Assembly: GCF_042660085.1 (NCBI RefSeq)
Contig: NZ_JBHSTI010000008.1
Coordinates: 630,001-662,000 of the forward strand
Source of the DNA: Longivirga aurantiaca
GTDB taxonomy: Bacteria; Actinomycetota; Actinomycetes; S36-B12; CAIYMF01
DNA length: 32,000 nucleotides
Direction of reading: 5' to 3'
The stretch's first letter is position 1; each line of letters starts with the position of its first letter. The notes beneath the pieces were generated by a model. It saw nothing but the letters and a program-made list of their open reading frames with translations, was not told the origin of the DNA and searched no databases. The position numbers were made by a program, and so were the translations under genes. Shown here piece after piece: positions 16,589-26,601 of this stretch.

Positions 16589-18263
16589 GCTGGTCGATCT
16601 CGACGGCGAGGGCGTGCACGGTGTGCGGGCGGGGGAGGTTGGGGCGTGCGGGGATGCGGACCGTCTGTCCGAGGGCGGTGTTGAAGGTGGCGGTGCCGTC
16701 GGGTCTGGAGTCGGTGATGTCCAGGAGGCCGGCGGTCTTGCGTTGGTGGCATTCGGTGCAGAGGGCGCCGCAGTTGCCGGCGGTGGTGGGGCCGTGGGGT
16801 GCTTCTTCGGCGTGGTCGATCTGCAGGTAGCGCTGGGCTTTGCGGGTGCAGCCGGGTGATCGGCAGCCGCCGTCGCGGGCGATGCAGTGCCGGCGCAGGG
16901 CGGGTGGGACGCGGACGGTGGTGCCGTGGTCCTTGACCCAGCCGTCGACGGGGTCGGTGACCACGCGGCGCAGGAACGTGGCCCAGGCGGCGTGGTCGCG
17001 GGCGATGCCGGCGGGGGCGGGTTGGCCGTTGATGAGGGCGACCCGGTCCTGCAGCCCCTGCAGGGTGTCGGCATCGATGACGACGTCGGTGGTGATGATC
17101 GTGGCGGCGGCGCGGTCGAACGTCACCTCCCCGTCGGGGGTGACGGTGCCGAGGATGCGGGCCATGAGGGCGTCGGCGCGGGCGGCGTCGGCGCGCAGGT
17201 CGGCGTCGGACCACACCGGCTCTGTGGCGCGGTCGCTCTCGGCTGCTGCGGCGGCGGCGGCGGTGTCGTTGTCGCGGTGGCGCTGGTCGGCGATGGCGTC
17301 GCCGTCGCGGCGCAGGGTGTCGTAGATGGCGTCGATGACGGGGGTGTCGTGGGTGAGGCCGAGGAAGGACATGCCGTCCTTGCCGCGGCGGATGTAGAGG
17401 CCGCGGTCGTCGTGGGCCTTCTGGTGGCGGCGGACGGCGTCGGGGTCGAGCTCGGTGATCAGGGCCTGCAGGTGGGTGCGGAAGTCCGCGACGACCATCG
17501 TGCGGGCTGCGGGCAGGGCCAGGCGGCCGATCACCTCGAGGGTGTCGGGGTCGGTGATGTTCAGGCACTCGCTGATCAACGTCCGGCAATGCCAGTCGGA
17601 CACCTCACCCTCGAGGAGGGCGTGGCCGAAGGGCGCGAGCTCCCCGAACAGGGACCGCGCCGTGGAGATGTGGTGGGCGGCGGCGTCGATGGACATCCCG
17701 ACGGCGATCGCGACCTCGTGGGCGATCTGCCGGTCGTTCTCCGACGACACCGCCCCTCGCGGGTCGGGGATCCCGGCGATGGCGGCGAGGGCTGCGTAGC
17801 GGCGGCCGTGGGCGCGGTCGACGTCGCGATCGAGGCGGGTGAGGTCCTCGAGCAGGTCGGGGGCGGCGACGGGGGAGTTCAGGTCCTGAGCGTCGACCAG
17901 GCCCAGGGCCAGGGCCCACATGCGGGAGGAGTCGGTGCCGGGCACGAACCGGGCCTCCACTTGCTCGCGCAGCGCGGCGGCGCGCGCGGCTCGCCGCTGG
18001 GCGAGCCGCACTGCGCGCTCGTCCGGCTCACGCACCGGGGCAGGCTCAGGCTCGCCGACAGTCCGGGCCGGGCGGCGGTGGCCGGGCACGTCCACGTCCA
18101 GCTGCAGCGACCCGAGCACCGGCGACCACGCGGCGGGCCGCGCGTAGTCGGCCTCCAGGCCCTCGACGACGAACCGCTCCAGGCCCTGCACCAGCCCGGC
18201 CAGCAGCGCGTCCACCGCGGACACGACGGTCTCCGAGGTGCTCGAGCCGCGGCTGCTGGACAT
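16578..18263 (-). CDS. DUF222 / 13E12-repeat-type HNH endonuclease domain protein
   Basis: 561 aa; HCIARDGGCRSPGCTRKAQRYLQIDHAEEAPHGPTTAGNCGALCTECHQRKT HNH motif and DUF222-like N-terminus. Confidence 0.92.
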   Translation of the reverse strand: MSSSRGSSTSETVVSAVDALLAGLVQGLERFVVEGLEADYARPAAWSPVLGSLQLDVDVPGHRRPARTVGEPEPAPVREPDERAVRLAQRRAARAAALREQVEARFVPGTDSSRMWALALGLVDAQDLNSPVAAPDLLEDLTRLDRDVDRAHGRRYAALAAIAGIPDPRGAVSSENDRQIAHEVAIAVGMSIDAAAHHISTARSLFGELAPFGHALLEGEVSDWHCRTLISECLNITDPDTLEVIGRLALPAARTMVVADFRTHLQALITELDPDAVRRHQKAHDDRGLYIRRGKDGMSFLGLTHDTPVIDAIYDTLRRDGDAIADQRHRDNDTAAAAAAAESDRATEPVWSDADLRADAARADALMARILGTVTPDGEVTFDRAAATIITTDVVIDADTLQGLQDRVALINGQPAPAGIARDHAAWATFLRRVVTDPVDGWVKDHGTTVRVPPALRRHCIARDGGCRSPGCTRKAQRYLQIDHAEEAPHGPTTAGNCGALCTECHQRKTAGLLDITDSRPDGTATFNTALGQTVRIPARPNLPRPHTVHALAVEIDQPPF

Positions 18264-18435
18264 GGATCACAGAATAGAACACACATACGACAGTGACTCA
18301 TACCCTGGAGCGAGGAATCGCCGGAAAGTGTTCAGCCGCAAGCGAACACAGCCGGATCCGAGCGAGGCTCGGAAGCACATGACGTGTGATTGGGGAGCTG
18401 CCGGGTGGACGAGCACGAGCGAGCCGCGGACGACG

Positions 18436-18505
18436 GACCGATCTGCCCCCGGATCCGTCGTGACGTCACGACAGATCGGTCGTGACGCGACAGTTCCGGG
18501 GGCAG
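18436..18505. promoter_or_regulatory. Dense nested inverted-repeat/palindrome block between the HNH gene and the hypothetical gene
   Basis: GACCGATCTG (18436-18445)/CAGATCGGTC (18472-18481); CTGCCCCCGGA (18443-18453)/TCCGGGGGCAG (18495-18505); perfect 16-bp palindrome GTCGTGACGTCACGAC (18457-18472). Confidence 0.75.
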
Positions 18506-18523
18506 GATGCCGTCAGTGCTGGG

Positions 18524-19120
18524 TCAGGAGAGGGCTAGGAGCCGGTGCCCCACCGTGAGCGGGTGCGTGGCAAGGAGGTCCGCGAGCGCCTCGCCCATGG
18601 CGGCGACCGACGGCCCGTACATGTACAGCGCGGTGTCGGCAGGGCCTTCCCAGTACGACTGCAGCGCGCCGGTCTCTCCCAGAGCGATGTGGATGCGGTC
18701 GAGGAGCTCGTTGATGTCGTGCGCGGCGTACACCTCGGGAGGGAGGCCGGTGCCGTCGAGGTAGAGCGCGAGGCCGTCGGTGGACCCGAAGAACCGGGCG
18801 TCGTCGTGGTCGATGGCGAGGCTGGAGCCGCGGGGCGCGCCCTGGGCCTCGAGCAGCTCGACGACGGCGTCCGCGATGGCGGTGCGGTCACCCACGACGT
18901 CGGCGTCGATCGCGCACGACAGCGGCTCTCCGTCGCCGGACACCAGCGTGCCGCCACCGGTGACGGCGCTGCCGGGGAAGTCGCGCTCGAGGAGGAACGC
19001 GAGCGGGTCCTCGTAGCGGTCGCCACGGTGCACGGGCTGCACCCGCGCGTTGATGCGCACCTCGAGTAGCGCCGCAGGGCCCCCCACCTGCGCGCGGCTG
19101 TCCTGCCCCACCCGCGTCAT
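18524..19120 (-). CDS. Hypothetical protein
   Basis: 198 aa ORF with an acidic, soluble protein-like composition; no family recognised. Confidence 0.6.
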   Translation of the reverse strand: MTRVGQDSRAQVGGPAALLEVRINARVQPVHRGDRYEDPLAFLLERDFPGSAVTGGGTLVSGDGEPLSCAIDADVVGDRTAIADAVVELLEAQGAPRGSSLAIDHDDARFFGSTDGLALYLDGTGLPPEVYAAHDINELLDRIHIALGETGALQSYWEGPADTALYMYGPSVAAMGEALADLLATHPLTVGHRLLALS

Positions 19121-19145
19121 GCTGCCATGACTTCCCCGGGACGGC

Positions 19146-20891
19146 TCACTTCGCCTCGGCCCAACTCGCCGCGATCGTCGTGTCGGTCACGAAACGGACG
19201 CCGCTGCCCGCGCTCCACCACGCCGCGGTCCGGTCCAGCGACCTGCCGATCACCTCGACGACGGCCTCGGCGTGCTCGTGCGGCGTCTCGACGAGCAGCT
19301 CGTCGTGCAGGCACAGCACGATCCGCGCGTCGAGGTCGGCGAGCCCGGCCCGCACGGTGGCGGCCCAGGCCTTGAACAGCTCGGCCGCCGCGCCCTGAAC
19401 GACGGCGTTGCGCGCGAACCGGCCGTAGGAGTGGGCGACGTTCGAGTCGGGGCCTGCGTCGGCGAGGGCCTCCGCGAGGCTCGACAGCCGCAGCAGCCGA
19501 CCGCCGTACGTCCGTAGGTCGACGCCGCGCCGTCCGGCGTCCTCGGCCTCGCGCAGGAACGCCATGGCAGTGGGGTAGGCGCGGTCCATGTCCTTGAGCG
19601 CCGCACCGGCAGGGCCCGAGGTCTGGCCGTACATGGCCGCGAGCACGGCGACCTTCGCCGTCGGGCGGTCGCTCTTCAGCGCTGCGGCCACCGGGGAGTA
19701 CATATCGTCCTCGCGGGCGGCGCCGGCGAGCGCGCGGTCGTGCGAGACGGCGGCGAGCACGCGCGGCTCGACCTGCCCGAGGTCGGCGCGCACCAGGGTG
19801 CGTCCCGGCCGTGGGCGAACTGCTGGGCGCAGCTCCGCGGGCAGGTTGTGCAGGCCTGCCGACGCCGTCATCCGGCCGGCGCCCTCGGCCGCACCCCAGA
19901 CGCCGCGCAGCCGGTCGTCGTCGCCGATGTCGTTCTCGACCCAGCGCCAGCCGTACGTCGTCGCGATGCGCTCAGCCTTGCGCCAGTGCAGGAGCGCCGC
20001 GACGCCGGGCGAGGATTCGGCGTACGGCTCGAGGCGCCACGAGCGGGTGTCGGGCACGTCGATCCCGTTGCGCGCCAACAGGTCTCGAACGGAAGCTGGG
20101 TTGCGCAGGTCGACCGGCTCGCCGGGGAATGCGCTCCAGACGGGCTGGTCGCGCTCGCGCCGGGCCGCGATCTCCTCGGCCTCCGTGCGCGGCCTCGGGC
20201 CGATCGTGCGGACGAGCATCTCCTCGAGCACCGCGCGGTCGACCGGCAGGCCGTCGACCTCGAGCTCGATGCACAGCAGCGCCGCCATGCTCTCGCTGAG
20301 CGCGACGAGGTACGCCAGCGGTGTCGGACCGGCGGCGGCGCGACGGTCGGGCAGAGCACGGACCGCGGCCTCCTGCCGCTGCTGCAGGTCGAGCGCCAGC
20401 TCGGCCCAGCGTCGCGTGCCGCGGAGGCTCTCGGCCCACGACCCGCGCAGCCACTCGCGGCTGAGGTGGCCGTCGTCGCGGACGGCGTCGTCGCTCTCGC
20501 CGTGCAGGTCGAGCAGCGTGAGGCCGCCCTCGGCGAGGTCGGGGGAGTCCAGGCCCGCCTGGGCGGCCCAGACCGCCCCGGCGTCGTCGCGGCCGAGGCC
20601 GTGCAGCAGGCGGCCGACGGCGCCGAGGTCCCAGCAGGCGCGGGGGCGCAGGCCGGCCTCGACGAGCGGGAACGCCGTACCGCGGGCGGACCACCACACC
20701 CAGCGCGGCGCCAGCGCCGCCTCGAGCTCGGTCACCGCGGCGACCGTGTCTGCGGTGGCCAGAGCGTGCGTGCCGCCAGCGTGCGCGACGGCCAGGCCCC
20801 GCCCGGGCGCGATCGCGAGGGCCAGCGGCGTACCGCTTTCGACCCCGGACGCCGCGAGCTCCTCGGCGAAGGGGGGTGCGGTCGAGGTCAC
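19146..20891 (-). CDS. Family A DNA polymerase-like protein (annotated in actinobacteria as bifunctional 3'-5' exonuclease/DNA polymerase)
   Basis: 581 aa; DDRLRGVWGAAEGAGRMTASAGLHNLP, motif A-like RADLGQVEPRVLA, motif B-like RPTAKVAVLAAMYGQ, motif C LCLHDELLVE. Confidence 0.92.
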   Translation of the reverse strand: MTSTAPPFAEELAASGVESGTPLALAIAPGRGLAVAHAGGTHALATADTVAAVTELEAALAPRWVWWSARGTAFPLVEAGLRPRACWDLGAVGRLLHGLGRDDAGAVWAAQAGLDSPDLAEGGLTLLDLHGESDDAVRDDGHLSREWLRGSWAESLRGTRRWAELALDLQQRQEAAVRALPDRRAAAGPTPLAYLVALSESMAALLCIELEVDGLPVDRAVLEEMLVRTIGPRPRTEAEEIAARRERDQPVWSAFPGEPVDLRNPASVRDLLARNGIDVPDTRSWRLEPYAESSPGVAALLHWRKAERIATTYGWRWVENDIGDDDRLRGVWGAAEGAGRMTASAGLHNLPAELRPAVRPRPGRTLVRADLGQVEPRVLAAVSHDRALAGAAREDDMYSPVAAALKSDRPTAKVAVLAAMYGQTSGPAGAALKDMDRAYPTAMAFLREAEDAGRRGVDLRTYGGRLLRLSSLAEALADAGPDSNVAHSYGRFARNAVVQGAAAELFKAWAATVRAGLADLDARIVLCLHDELLVETPHEHAEAVVEVIGRSLDRTAAWWSAGSGVRFVTDTTIAASWAEAK

Positions 20892-20916
20892 CCCGCGACC
20901 CTACGGGTCGCCCGGG

Positions 20917-21108
20917 TCAGTCGAGGTCGAGGTCTTCGTCGTCGTCGTCGAGGCGGGCGAGGTAGACGGCGAGGCGCTCGACGGGGATCTCGAACTCCGG
21001 GTGCAGGTCGACGAAGGTCCGCAGCCGCTCGGCGAGCCAGGCGACGCTGACCTCCTCCTCGCCTCGACGCTTCTCGAGCTCCTCGATACCGCGGTCGGTG
21101 AAGTACAC
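20917..21108 (-). CDS. Small DUF6104-like protein
   Basis: 63 aa MYFTDRGIEELEKRRGEEEVSVAWLAERLRTFVDLHPEFEIPVERLAVYLARLDDDDEDLDLD, next to kgd as in other actinobacteria. Confidence 0.8.
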   Translation of the reverse strand: MYFTDRGIEELEKRRGEEEVSVAWLAERLRTFVDLHPEFEIPVERLAVYLARLDDDDEDLDLD

Positions 21109-21117
21109 GGTGACCTC

Positions 21118-24100
21118 CTACGCGAAGGCGGCGGCGACGAGCTCGGCCTGCTCGCGCTCGTGCACCTTGTGGGTGCCCACGGCGGTGGTGGCGGCGGCCG
21201 GGCGCGAGACCCGGCGCAGCGCGCGGCCGTCGAGCGTGGGGAGGTTGAGCACGACGAACGGCCAGGCGCCCTGGTTGGAGGGCTCCTCCTGCACGAACAC
21301 CAGCTCGGCGTCGGGCGGGAAGGCCGCGATCGCCGCCGTCAGCTCCTCGACCGGTAGAGGGGCGAGGCGCTCGAGCCGCACGATCGCGACGTCGGTGCGA
21401 CCGGACTTCTCGCGCTCGGCCAGCAGGTCGTACGTGACCTTGCCCGTGCAGATGAGCACGCGGCGCACGCCGGTCGGGTCGACGGCGTCGTCGCCGATGA
21501 CCGGGCGGAAGGTGCCGGAGGTGAAGTCCTCCTTGGCCGAGCCCGCGGCCTTGAGGCGCAGCATCGATTTCGGGGTGAGGACCACGAGCGGCTTGTGGTG
21601 GGGCGCGATGGCCTGCCAGCGCAGCAGGTGGAAGTACGAGGCCGGCGTCGAGGGCATGGCCACGGTCATGTTGTCCTGCGCGCACATCTGCAGGTAGCGC
21701 TCGATGCGCGCCGAGGAGTGGTCGGGCCCCTGGCCCTCGTAGCCGTGCGGCAGCAGCAGCGTGACGCCGGAGGTCTGGCCCCACTTCTGCTCGCCCGAGG
21801 TGATGAACTCGTCGATGATCGTCTGCGCGCCGTCGGCGAAGTCGCCGAACTGCGCCTCCCACAGCACGAGGGCGTCGGGGCGGGCGACCGAGTAGCCGTA
21901 CTCGAAGCCCATCGCGGCGTACTCCGACAGCAGCGAGTCGTAGACGAAGTAGAAGCCCTGGTCGTCGCTCAGCTTGGCGAGCGGCGTGTGCTCGGCACCC
22001 GTCACGCGGTCGACGATGACGGCGTGGCGCTGGCCGAACGTGCCGCGGCGGGAGTCCTGGCCCGCGAGGCGCACGGTGCGCCCCTCGAGCAGCAGCGACC
22101 CGAACGCGAGCGTCTCGCCCATCGCCCAGTCGATCGTGGCGTCCTGCACCATCTGCGCGCGGCGCTGCAGCTGCGGCGCCAGACGGGGGTGGACGGTGAA
22201 GCCGTCGGGCATGTTCAGCTGGCTGTCGACGATCCGCTTGACCGTGTCGTCGCTGATCGCGGTGGTGACCACGGCCGGGAACGGCGGCGGCTCCGGGTGA
22301 TGCTTCTCGGTCGGGTGCGCCAGGGCGTCGCGCGTCTCGGTGAAGACCCGCTCGAGCTGCTCCTGGTAGTCGCGCAGCGCCTGCTCGGCCTCCTCGACCG
22401 AGATGTCGCCGCGCCCGATGAGCGCCTCGGTGTAGAGCTTGCGGGTCGAGCGCTTGGCGTCGATGAGGTTGTACATCAGCGGCTGCGTCAGCGACGGGTC
22501 GTCGGCCTCGTTGTGGCCGCGCCGGCGGTAGCAGACCATGTCGATGACGACGTCCTTGTTGAACCGCTGGCGGAACTCGAACGCCAGTCGGGCCACCCGG
22601 ACGACGGCCTCGGGGTCGTCGCCGTTCACGTGGAAGATCGGCGCCTGCACCATGCGCGCGACGTCGGTCGAGTAGACCGACGAGCGCGACGACTCCGGTG
22701 CGGTGGTGAAGCCGACCTGGTTGTTGACGACGATGTGGATCGTGCCGCCGGTGCGGTAGCCGCGCAGCTGCGACAGGTTGAGGGTCTCGGTCACCACGCC
22801 CTGGCCGGCGAACGCGGCGTCGCCGTGCAGCAGCACGGGCAGCACCGAGAAGACCTTGCCGCGGGGGAGCATGTCCTGCTTGGCGCGGACGATGCCCTCG
22901 AGCACCGGGTTCACGGCCTCGAGGTGCGAGGGGTTGGCCGCGAGGTAGACGGGGATGGTGGCCCCCGACTCGGTCGTGAAGGTGCCGCTCGTGCCGAGGT
23001 GGTACTTCACGTCACCGGAGCCCTGCACCGAGCCCTCGACCTCGAAGTCGCCCTCGAACTCGCGGAAGATCTGGTCGTACGACTTGCCGGCGATGTTGGC
23101 GAGCACGTTCAGGCGGCCGCGGTGCGGCATGCCGACGCAGGCCTCGTCGAGGCCCGCCTCGGCAGCTGCGGTGATGACGGCGTCCATGAGCGGGATGACC
23201 GACTCGGCGCCCTCGAGCGAGAACCGCTTCTGGCCGACGTACTTGGTCTGCAGGAACGTCTCGAACGCCTCGGCGGCGTTGAGCTTGCGCAGGATCCGCA
23301 GCTGCTCGTCGCGCTCGGGCTTGTCGTAGCGGCGCTCGACCCGCTCCTGGATCCAGGAGCGCTGCTCCGGATCCTGCATGTGCATGTACTCGATGCCGAT
23401 CGTGCGGCAGTAGGCGTCGCGCAGGACGCCGAGGATGTCGCGCAGCTTCTTGAACGGCTTGCCGCCGAAGCCGCCGGTGGCGAACTCGCGGTCGAGGTCC
23501 CAGAGGGTGAGGCCGTGGCTCGCGACGTCGAGGTCGGAGTGGTGGCGCTGCTTGTACTCGAGCGGGTCGGTGTCGGCCATGAGGTGGCCGCGCACGCGGA
23601 ACGCGTGGATCATCTCGTGCACGCGGGAGGTCTTGTCGAGGTCGTCGTCGTGCGCGGTCGCGATGTCGGCGGCCCAGCGGATCGGCTCGTAGGGGATGTG
23701 CAGCGCGCGGAAGATGTCGTCGTAGAAGCCGTTGTCGCCGAGCAGCAGGCCGTGGATGTAGCGCAGGAACTCGCCCGACTGCGCGCCCTGGATGATCCGG
23801 TGGTCGTACGTCGAGGTCAGTGTCGTGACCTTGCTGATCGCGTGGCGCGCGATCGTCTCGATCGCGGCACCCTGCCACTCGGCGGGGTAGTCCATCGCGC
23901 CGACGCCGACGATGAGGCCCTGGCCCGACATGAGGCGCGGCACGGAGTGCACGGTGCCGATGCCGCCGGGGTTGGTGAGGCTCGCGGTGGTGCCGACGAA
24001 GTCGTCGACGACCAGCTTGTTGCCGCGGGCCTTGCGCACCATCTCCTCGTAGCTCGACCAGAACGTCGCGAAGTCCATCTGGTCGGCGCCCTTGATGCTG

Positions 24101-24819
24101 GGGACCAGCAGCTGGCGCGTGCCGTCGGGCTTGGCGAGGTCGATCGCGAGGCCGAGGTTGATCTGCTGGTTCTTCACGACGGCCGGCTTGCCGTCGACCT
24201 CGGTGAAGCCGTAGTTCATCTCGGGCATGGCCTTGAGGCCCTGCACGACGGCCCAGCCGATGAGGTGCGTGAACGACACCTTGCCGCCGCGCCCGCGGGC
24301 GAGGTGGTTGTTGATCACGATGCGGTTGTCGACGAGCAGCTTCACCGGGATCGCACGCACCGACGTGGCGGTCGGGACCGTGAGGCTCGACTCCATGTTG
24401 GTGACGACGCGGGCCGCCGGGCCCTTGAGCACCGTGGGCTCGACGCTGGCGACCGCGACCTGGGGGGCTGCGGGCACGGGCACCGCGGCCGGAGCGGCCG
24501 GAGGAGCGGTGGGCTTCGGGGCCACCTCCGCCTCGGGCTTCATCGGCTGCGGCGCGTCGTGCGCGGCCACCTCGACGTCGAGGGCGACCTCGGCCGCCTC
24601 GGCCTCGGCGCGGGCCGCGGCCCGGACGGCCGCCGACGCGGCCACGAGGTCGGCGCCTGCGTGCTCGGTGGGCACGTAGTCGGCGAAGAAGTCCCACCAC
24701 GCGGGGTCGACGCTCTTCGGGTCGGTCAGGTACTGCTGGTAGATCTCGTCAACCAGCCACTCGTTCGGACCGAATGCAGCGAGCCGGGCGCTCTGGTCCG
24801 ACGGTTCCGACGTCGACAT
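21118..24819 (-). CDS. kgd: Multifunctional 2-oxoglutarate decarboxylase / dehydrogenase E1 / dihydrolipoyl succinyltransferase domain protein
   Basis: Start chosen at MSTSEPSDQ (24819) with AGGG about 6 nt upstream; ATG 24825 is an alternative. [31 protein letters not shown]-terminus; succinyltransferase-like, TPP-binding and transketolase-like regions. Confidence 0.95.
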   Translation of the reverse strand: MSTSEPSDQSARLAAFGPNEWLVDEIYQQYLTDPKSVDPAWWDFFADYVPTEHAGADLVAASAAVRAAARAEAEAAEVALDVEVAAHDAPQPMKPEAEVAPKPTAPPAAPAAVPVPAAPQVAVASVEPTVLKGPAARVVTNMESSLTVPTATSVRAIPVKLLVDNRIVINNHLARGRGGKVSFTHLIGWAVVQGLKAMPEMNYGFTEVDGKPAVVKNQQINLGLAIDLAKPDGTRQLLVPSIKGADQMDFATFWSSYEEMVRKARGNKLVVDDFVGTTASLTNPGGIGTVHSVPRLMSGQGLIVGVGAMDYPAEWQGAAIETIARHAISKVTTLTSTYDHRIIQGAQSGEFLRYIHGLLLGDNGFYDDIFRALHIPYEPIRWAADIATAHDDDLDKTSRVHEMIHAFRVRGHLMADTDPLEYKQRHHSDLDVASHGLTLWDLDREFATGGFGGKPFKKLRDILGVLRDAYCRTIGIEYMHMQDPEQRSWIQERVERRYDKPERDEQLRILRKLNAAEAFETFLQTKYVGQKRFSLEGAESVIPLMDAVITAAAEAGLDEACVGMPHRGRLNVLANIAGKSYDQIFREFEGDFEVEGSVQGSGDVKYHLGTSGTFTTESGATIPVYLAANPSHLEAVNPVLEGIVRAKQDMLPRGKVFSVLPVLLHGDAAFAGQGVVTETLNLSQLRGYRTGGTIHIVVNNQVGFTTAPESSRSSVYSTDVARMVQAPIFHVNGDDPEAVVRVARLAFEFRQRFNKDVVIDMVCYRRRGHNEADDPSLTQPLMYNLIDAKRSTRKLYTEALIGRGDISVEEAEQALRDYQEQLERVFTETRDALAHPTEKHHPEPPPFPAVVTTAISDDTVKRIVDSQLNMPDGFTVHPRLAPQLQRRAQMVQDATIDWAMGETLAFGSLLLEGRTVRLAGQDSRRGTFGQRHAVIVDRVTGAEHTPLAKLSDDQGFYFVYDSLLSEYAAMGFEYGYSVARPDALVLWEAQFGDFADGAQTIIDEFITSGEQKWGQTSGVTLLLPHGYEGQGPDHSSARIERYLQMCAQDNMTVAMPSTPASYFHLLRWQAIAPHHKPLVVLTPKSMLRLKAAGSAKEDFTSGTFRPVIGDDAVDPTGVRRVLICTGKVTYDLLAEREKSGRTDVAIVRLERLAPLPVEELTAAIAAFPPDAELVFVQEEPSNQGAWPFVVLNLPTLDGRALRRVSRPAAATTAVGTHKVHEREQAELVAAAFA

Positions 24820-25038
24820 CGACATCCCTTGTGAGAAGACACTGTTAAGACACGGACGGCCCGGTGTTACCGGGTCGTGTTCATGCGGCCAGCGTACGCC
24901 GTTCGCACCCCTCGTCCTCGCACGGACCACGCGGGTTCCGCCGTACGGCACGTACGCCGCGCCGAGCGGCGGGCGCACCCTCTCGGGGCGCTCTCGCCCG
25001 GGGTGCGCGTGATGGCGTCCGACCTCAGAGTGGGGAGC

Positions 25039-25797
25039 ATGGACCCCGACCACGTGCTGGACGACGTCGCACCCGACGCCCTCGAGGGCAGGGTCGCCCT
25101 CGTGACCGGCGGCTCCCGCGGGATCGGCCTCGCGGCCGCCCACGGCATGGCCAGGCTCGGCGCCACGGTGGTGCTCGTCGGCCAGGACGCCGGCCGCGCC
25201 GAGGCCGCCGCGGCGGCGCTGGTGGCCCAGGGGCTCGACGCCGTCGGCCGCGGCTGCGACGTGGCCGACCCGGCCTCGGTCGCCGCCCTGCACGACTCGC
25301 TCGGGCCGCTGGCCGACGTCGACGTCCTCGTGCTCGCGGCGGGAGTCATGAGCGAGCGCACGGCCAAGACACTGCGGACGACCCCGGAGGAGTGGCGGCG
25401 GGTCATGGGGGTCAATCTCGACGGGGTCCACCACGTGGTGCAGGCCTTCGCGCCCGGCATGGCCGCCCGGCGCGACGGGCGCATCGTGACGGTGAGCGCG
25501 TGCCTCGGCCGGATGTCCGGGCCGGGCACAGCGGGCGGGCTCGCGGCGTACCGCGTCAGCAAGGCCGCGGTGAACGGCTACACCAAGAACCTTGCGGCCG
25601 AGCTCGGAGGCGGACGCCGCGGCGTGCTGGTCGACGCCGTGTGCCCTGCCCACTGCCGCACCGACATGGGCGGCCCGGACGCGCCCCGTAGCGCGGAGCA
25701 GGGGGCGGCCACGGCCGTGTGGCTCGCGGCGCGCCCCCTGCTCGACGGGGTCGAGACGGGCGTGCTGTGGGAGGACCGGGAGGTCGTCCCCTGGTGA
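25039..25797 (+). CDS. SDR family NAD(P)-dependent oxidoreductase
   Basis: [22 protein letters not shown] Rossmann motif and [19 protein letters not shown] catalytic YxxxK. Start could be 25039 or 25012. Confidence 0.9.
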   Translation: MDPDHVLDDVAPDALEGRVALVTGGSRGIGLAAAHGMARLGATVVLVGQDAGRAEAAAAALVAQGLDAVGRGCDVADPASVAALHDSLGPLADVDVLVLAAGVMSERTAKTLRTTPEEWRRVMGVNLDGVHHVVQAFAPGMAARRDGRIVTVSACLGRMSGPGTAGGLAAYRVSKAAVNGYTKNLAAELGGGRRGVLVDAVCPAHCRTDMGGPDAPRSAEQGAATAVWLAARPLLDGVETGVLWEDREVVPW

Positions 25798-25803
25798 GCG
25801 GCG

Positions 25804-26601
25804 TCAGGTGACGTCGCGACGCTGGGTGGTGAGTGCGGCGAGCGCGCCGAACACCACGGCGTACCCGATGAGCACCAGGGATGCGGCCCACACCGGGAGG
25901 TACTCGGTGCCGCTGAACCCCGTGGTCTGCAGGACGCCGAAGAGCGCGCCGCCCGGCAGCCACTTGCCCACCGCCGGGAGGAACACCACGACGAGCTGCT
26001 CGATCAGCAGCACCCACACGAGGATGCCGAGGATCGCGGCGATCTGGTTGCGGATCAGCGTGCCGAGGGCGACGCCGACGACGGCGAAGAGCGCGCACCC
26101 GAGGATCGCGCCACCAGCGATCTGCCAGAGCGCGTCGGCGGGGACCGCCGCGTGGTCCTTCAGCGGCAGCAGGGCGAACGCCAGGAGGTAGCCGAAGGCG
26201 ACGCCGACCGCGCCGTAGATCGCCCCGATGACGCCGTACGCCGCCATCTTCGCGATCATCACCTTGTTGCGCCTCGGCTCGGCGAGGAAGGTCGAGGTGA
26301 GCGTCTGGTGCCGCAGCTCCTGGGTCATGCCGAGCGCGCCGAGCACGATCGCGAACACGTAGGCGCCGCCCGCCTGGGCGAACAGGTTCCGCATCCCCGG
26401 CTCGGTCTCGAGCGTGGGCACGTCCACGCCCGGCTGGGTGGGCGCGAAGATGCTGGCGATGACGCCGATGCCGATGTAGAGCACGACGCCGATCAGCATC
26501 GCGAGCCACATCTTCGTGCTCGTGACCTTGAGGATCTCCGCCGAGACGAGGCGCTGACGGGGGGTCGACGCCTGGGCAGGGGCGGTGAGCGTGGCGGTCA
26601 T
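25804..26601 (-). CDS. ABC transporter permease (ABC-2 like)
   Basis: From MTATLTAPAQASTPRQRL at 26601; MTQELRHQTLTSTFLAEPRRNKVMIAKM and multiple TM helices; overlaps the ATPase gene by 4 bp. Confidence 0.85.
   Translation of the reverse strand: MTATLTAPAQASTPRQRLVSAEILKVTSTKMWLAMLIGVVLYIGIGVIASIFAPTQPGVDVPTLETEPGMRNLFAQAGGAYVFAIVLGALGMTQELRHQTLTSTFLAEPRRNKVMIAKMAAYGVIGAIYGAVGVAFGYLLAFALLPLKDHAAVPADALWQIAGGAILGCALFAVVGVALGTLIRNQIAAILGILVWVLLIEQLVVVFLPAVGKWLPGGALFGVLQTTGFSGTEYLPVWAASLVLIGYAVVFGALAALTTQRRDVT

Noticed and set aside
24826-25653. N-terminal extension of the kgd ORF track entry (21118..25653) and C-terminal read-through of the SDR region
   Set aside because: The extension is a shadow of the SDR gene on the other strand. 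The Kgd N-terminus ([16 protein letters not shown]) and an RBS place the start near 24819.
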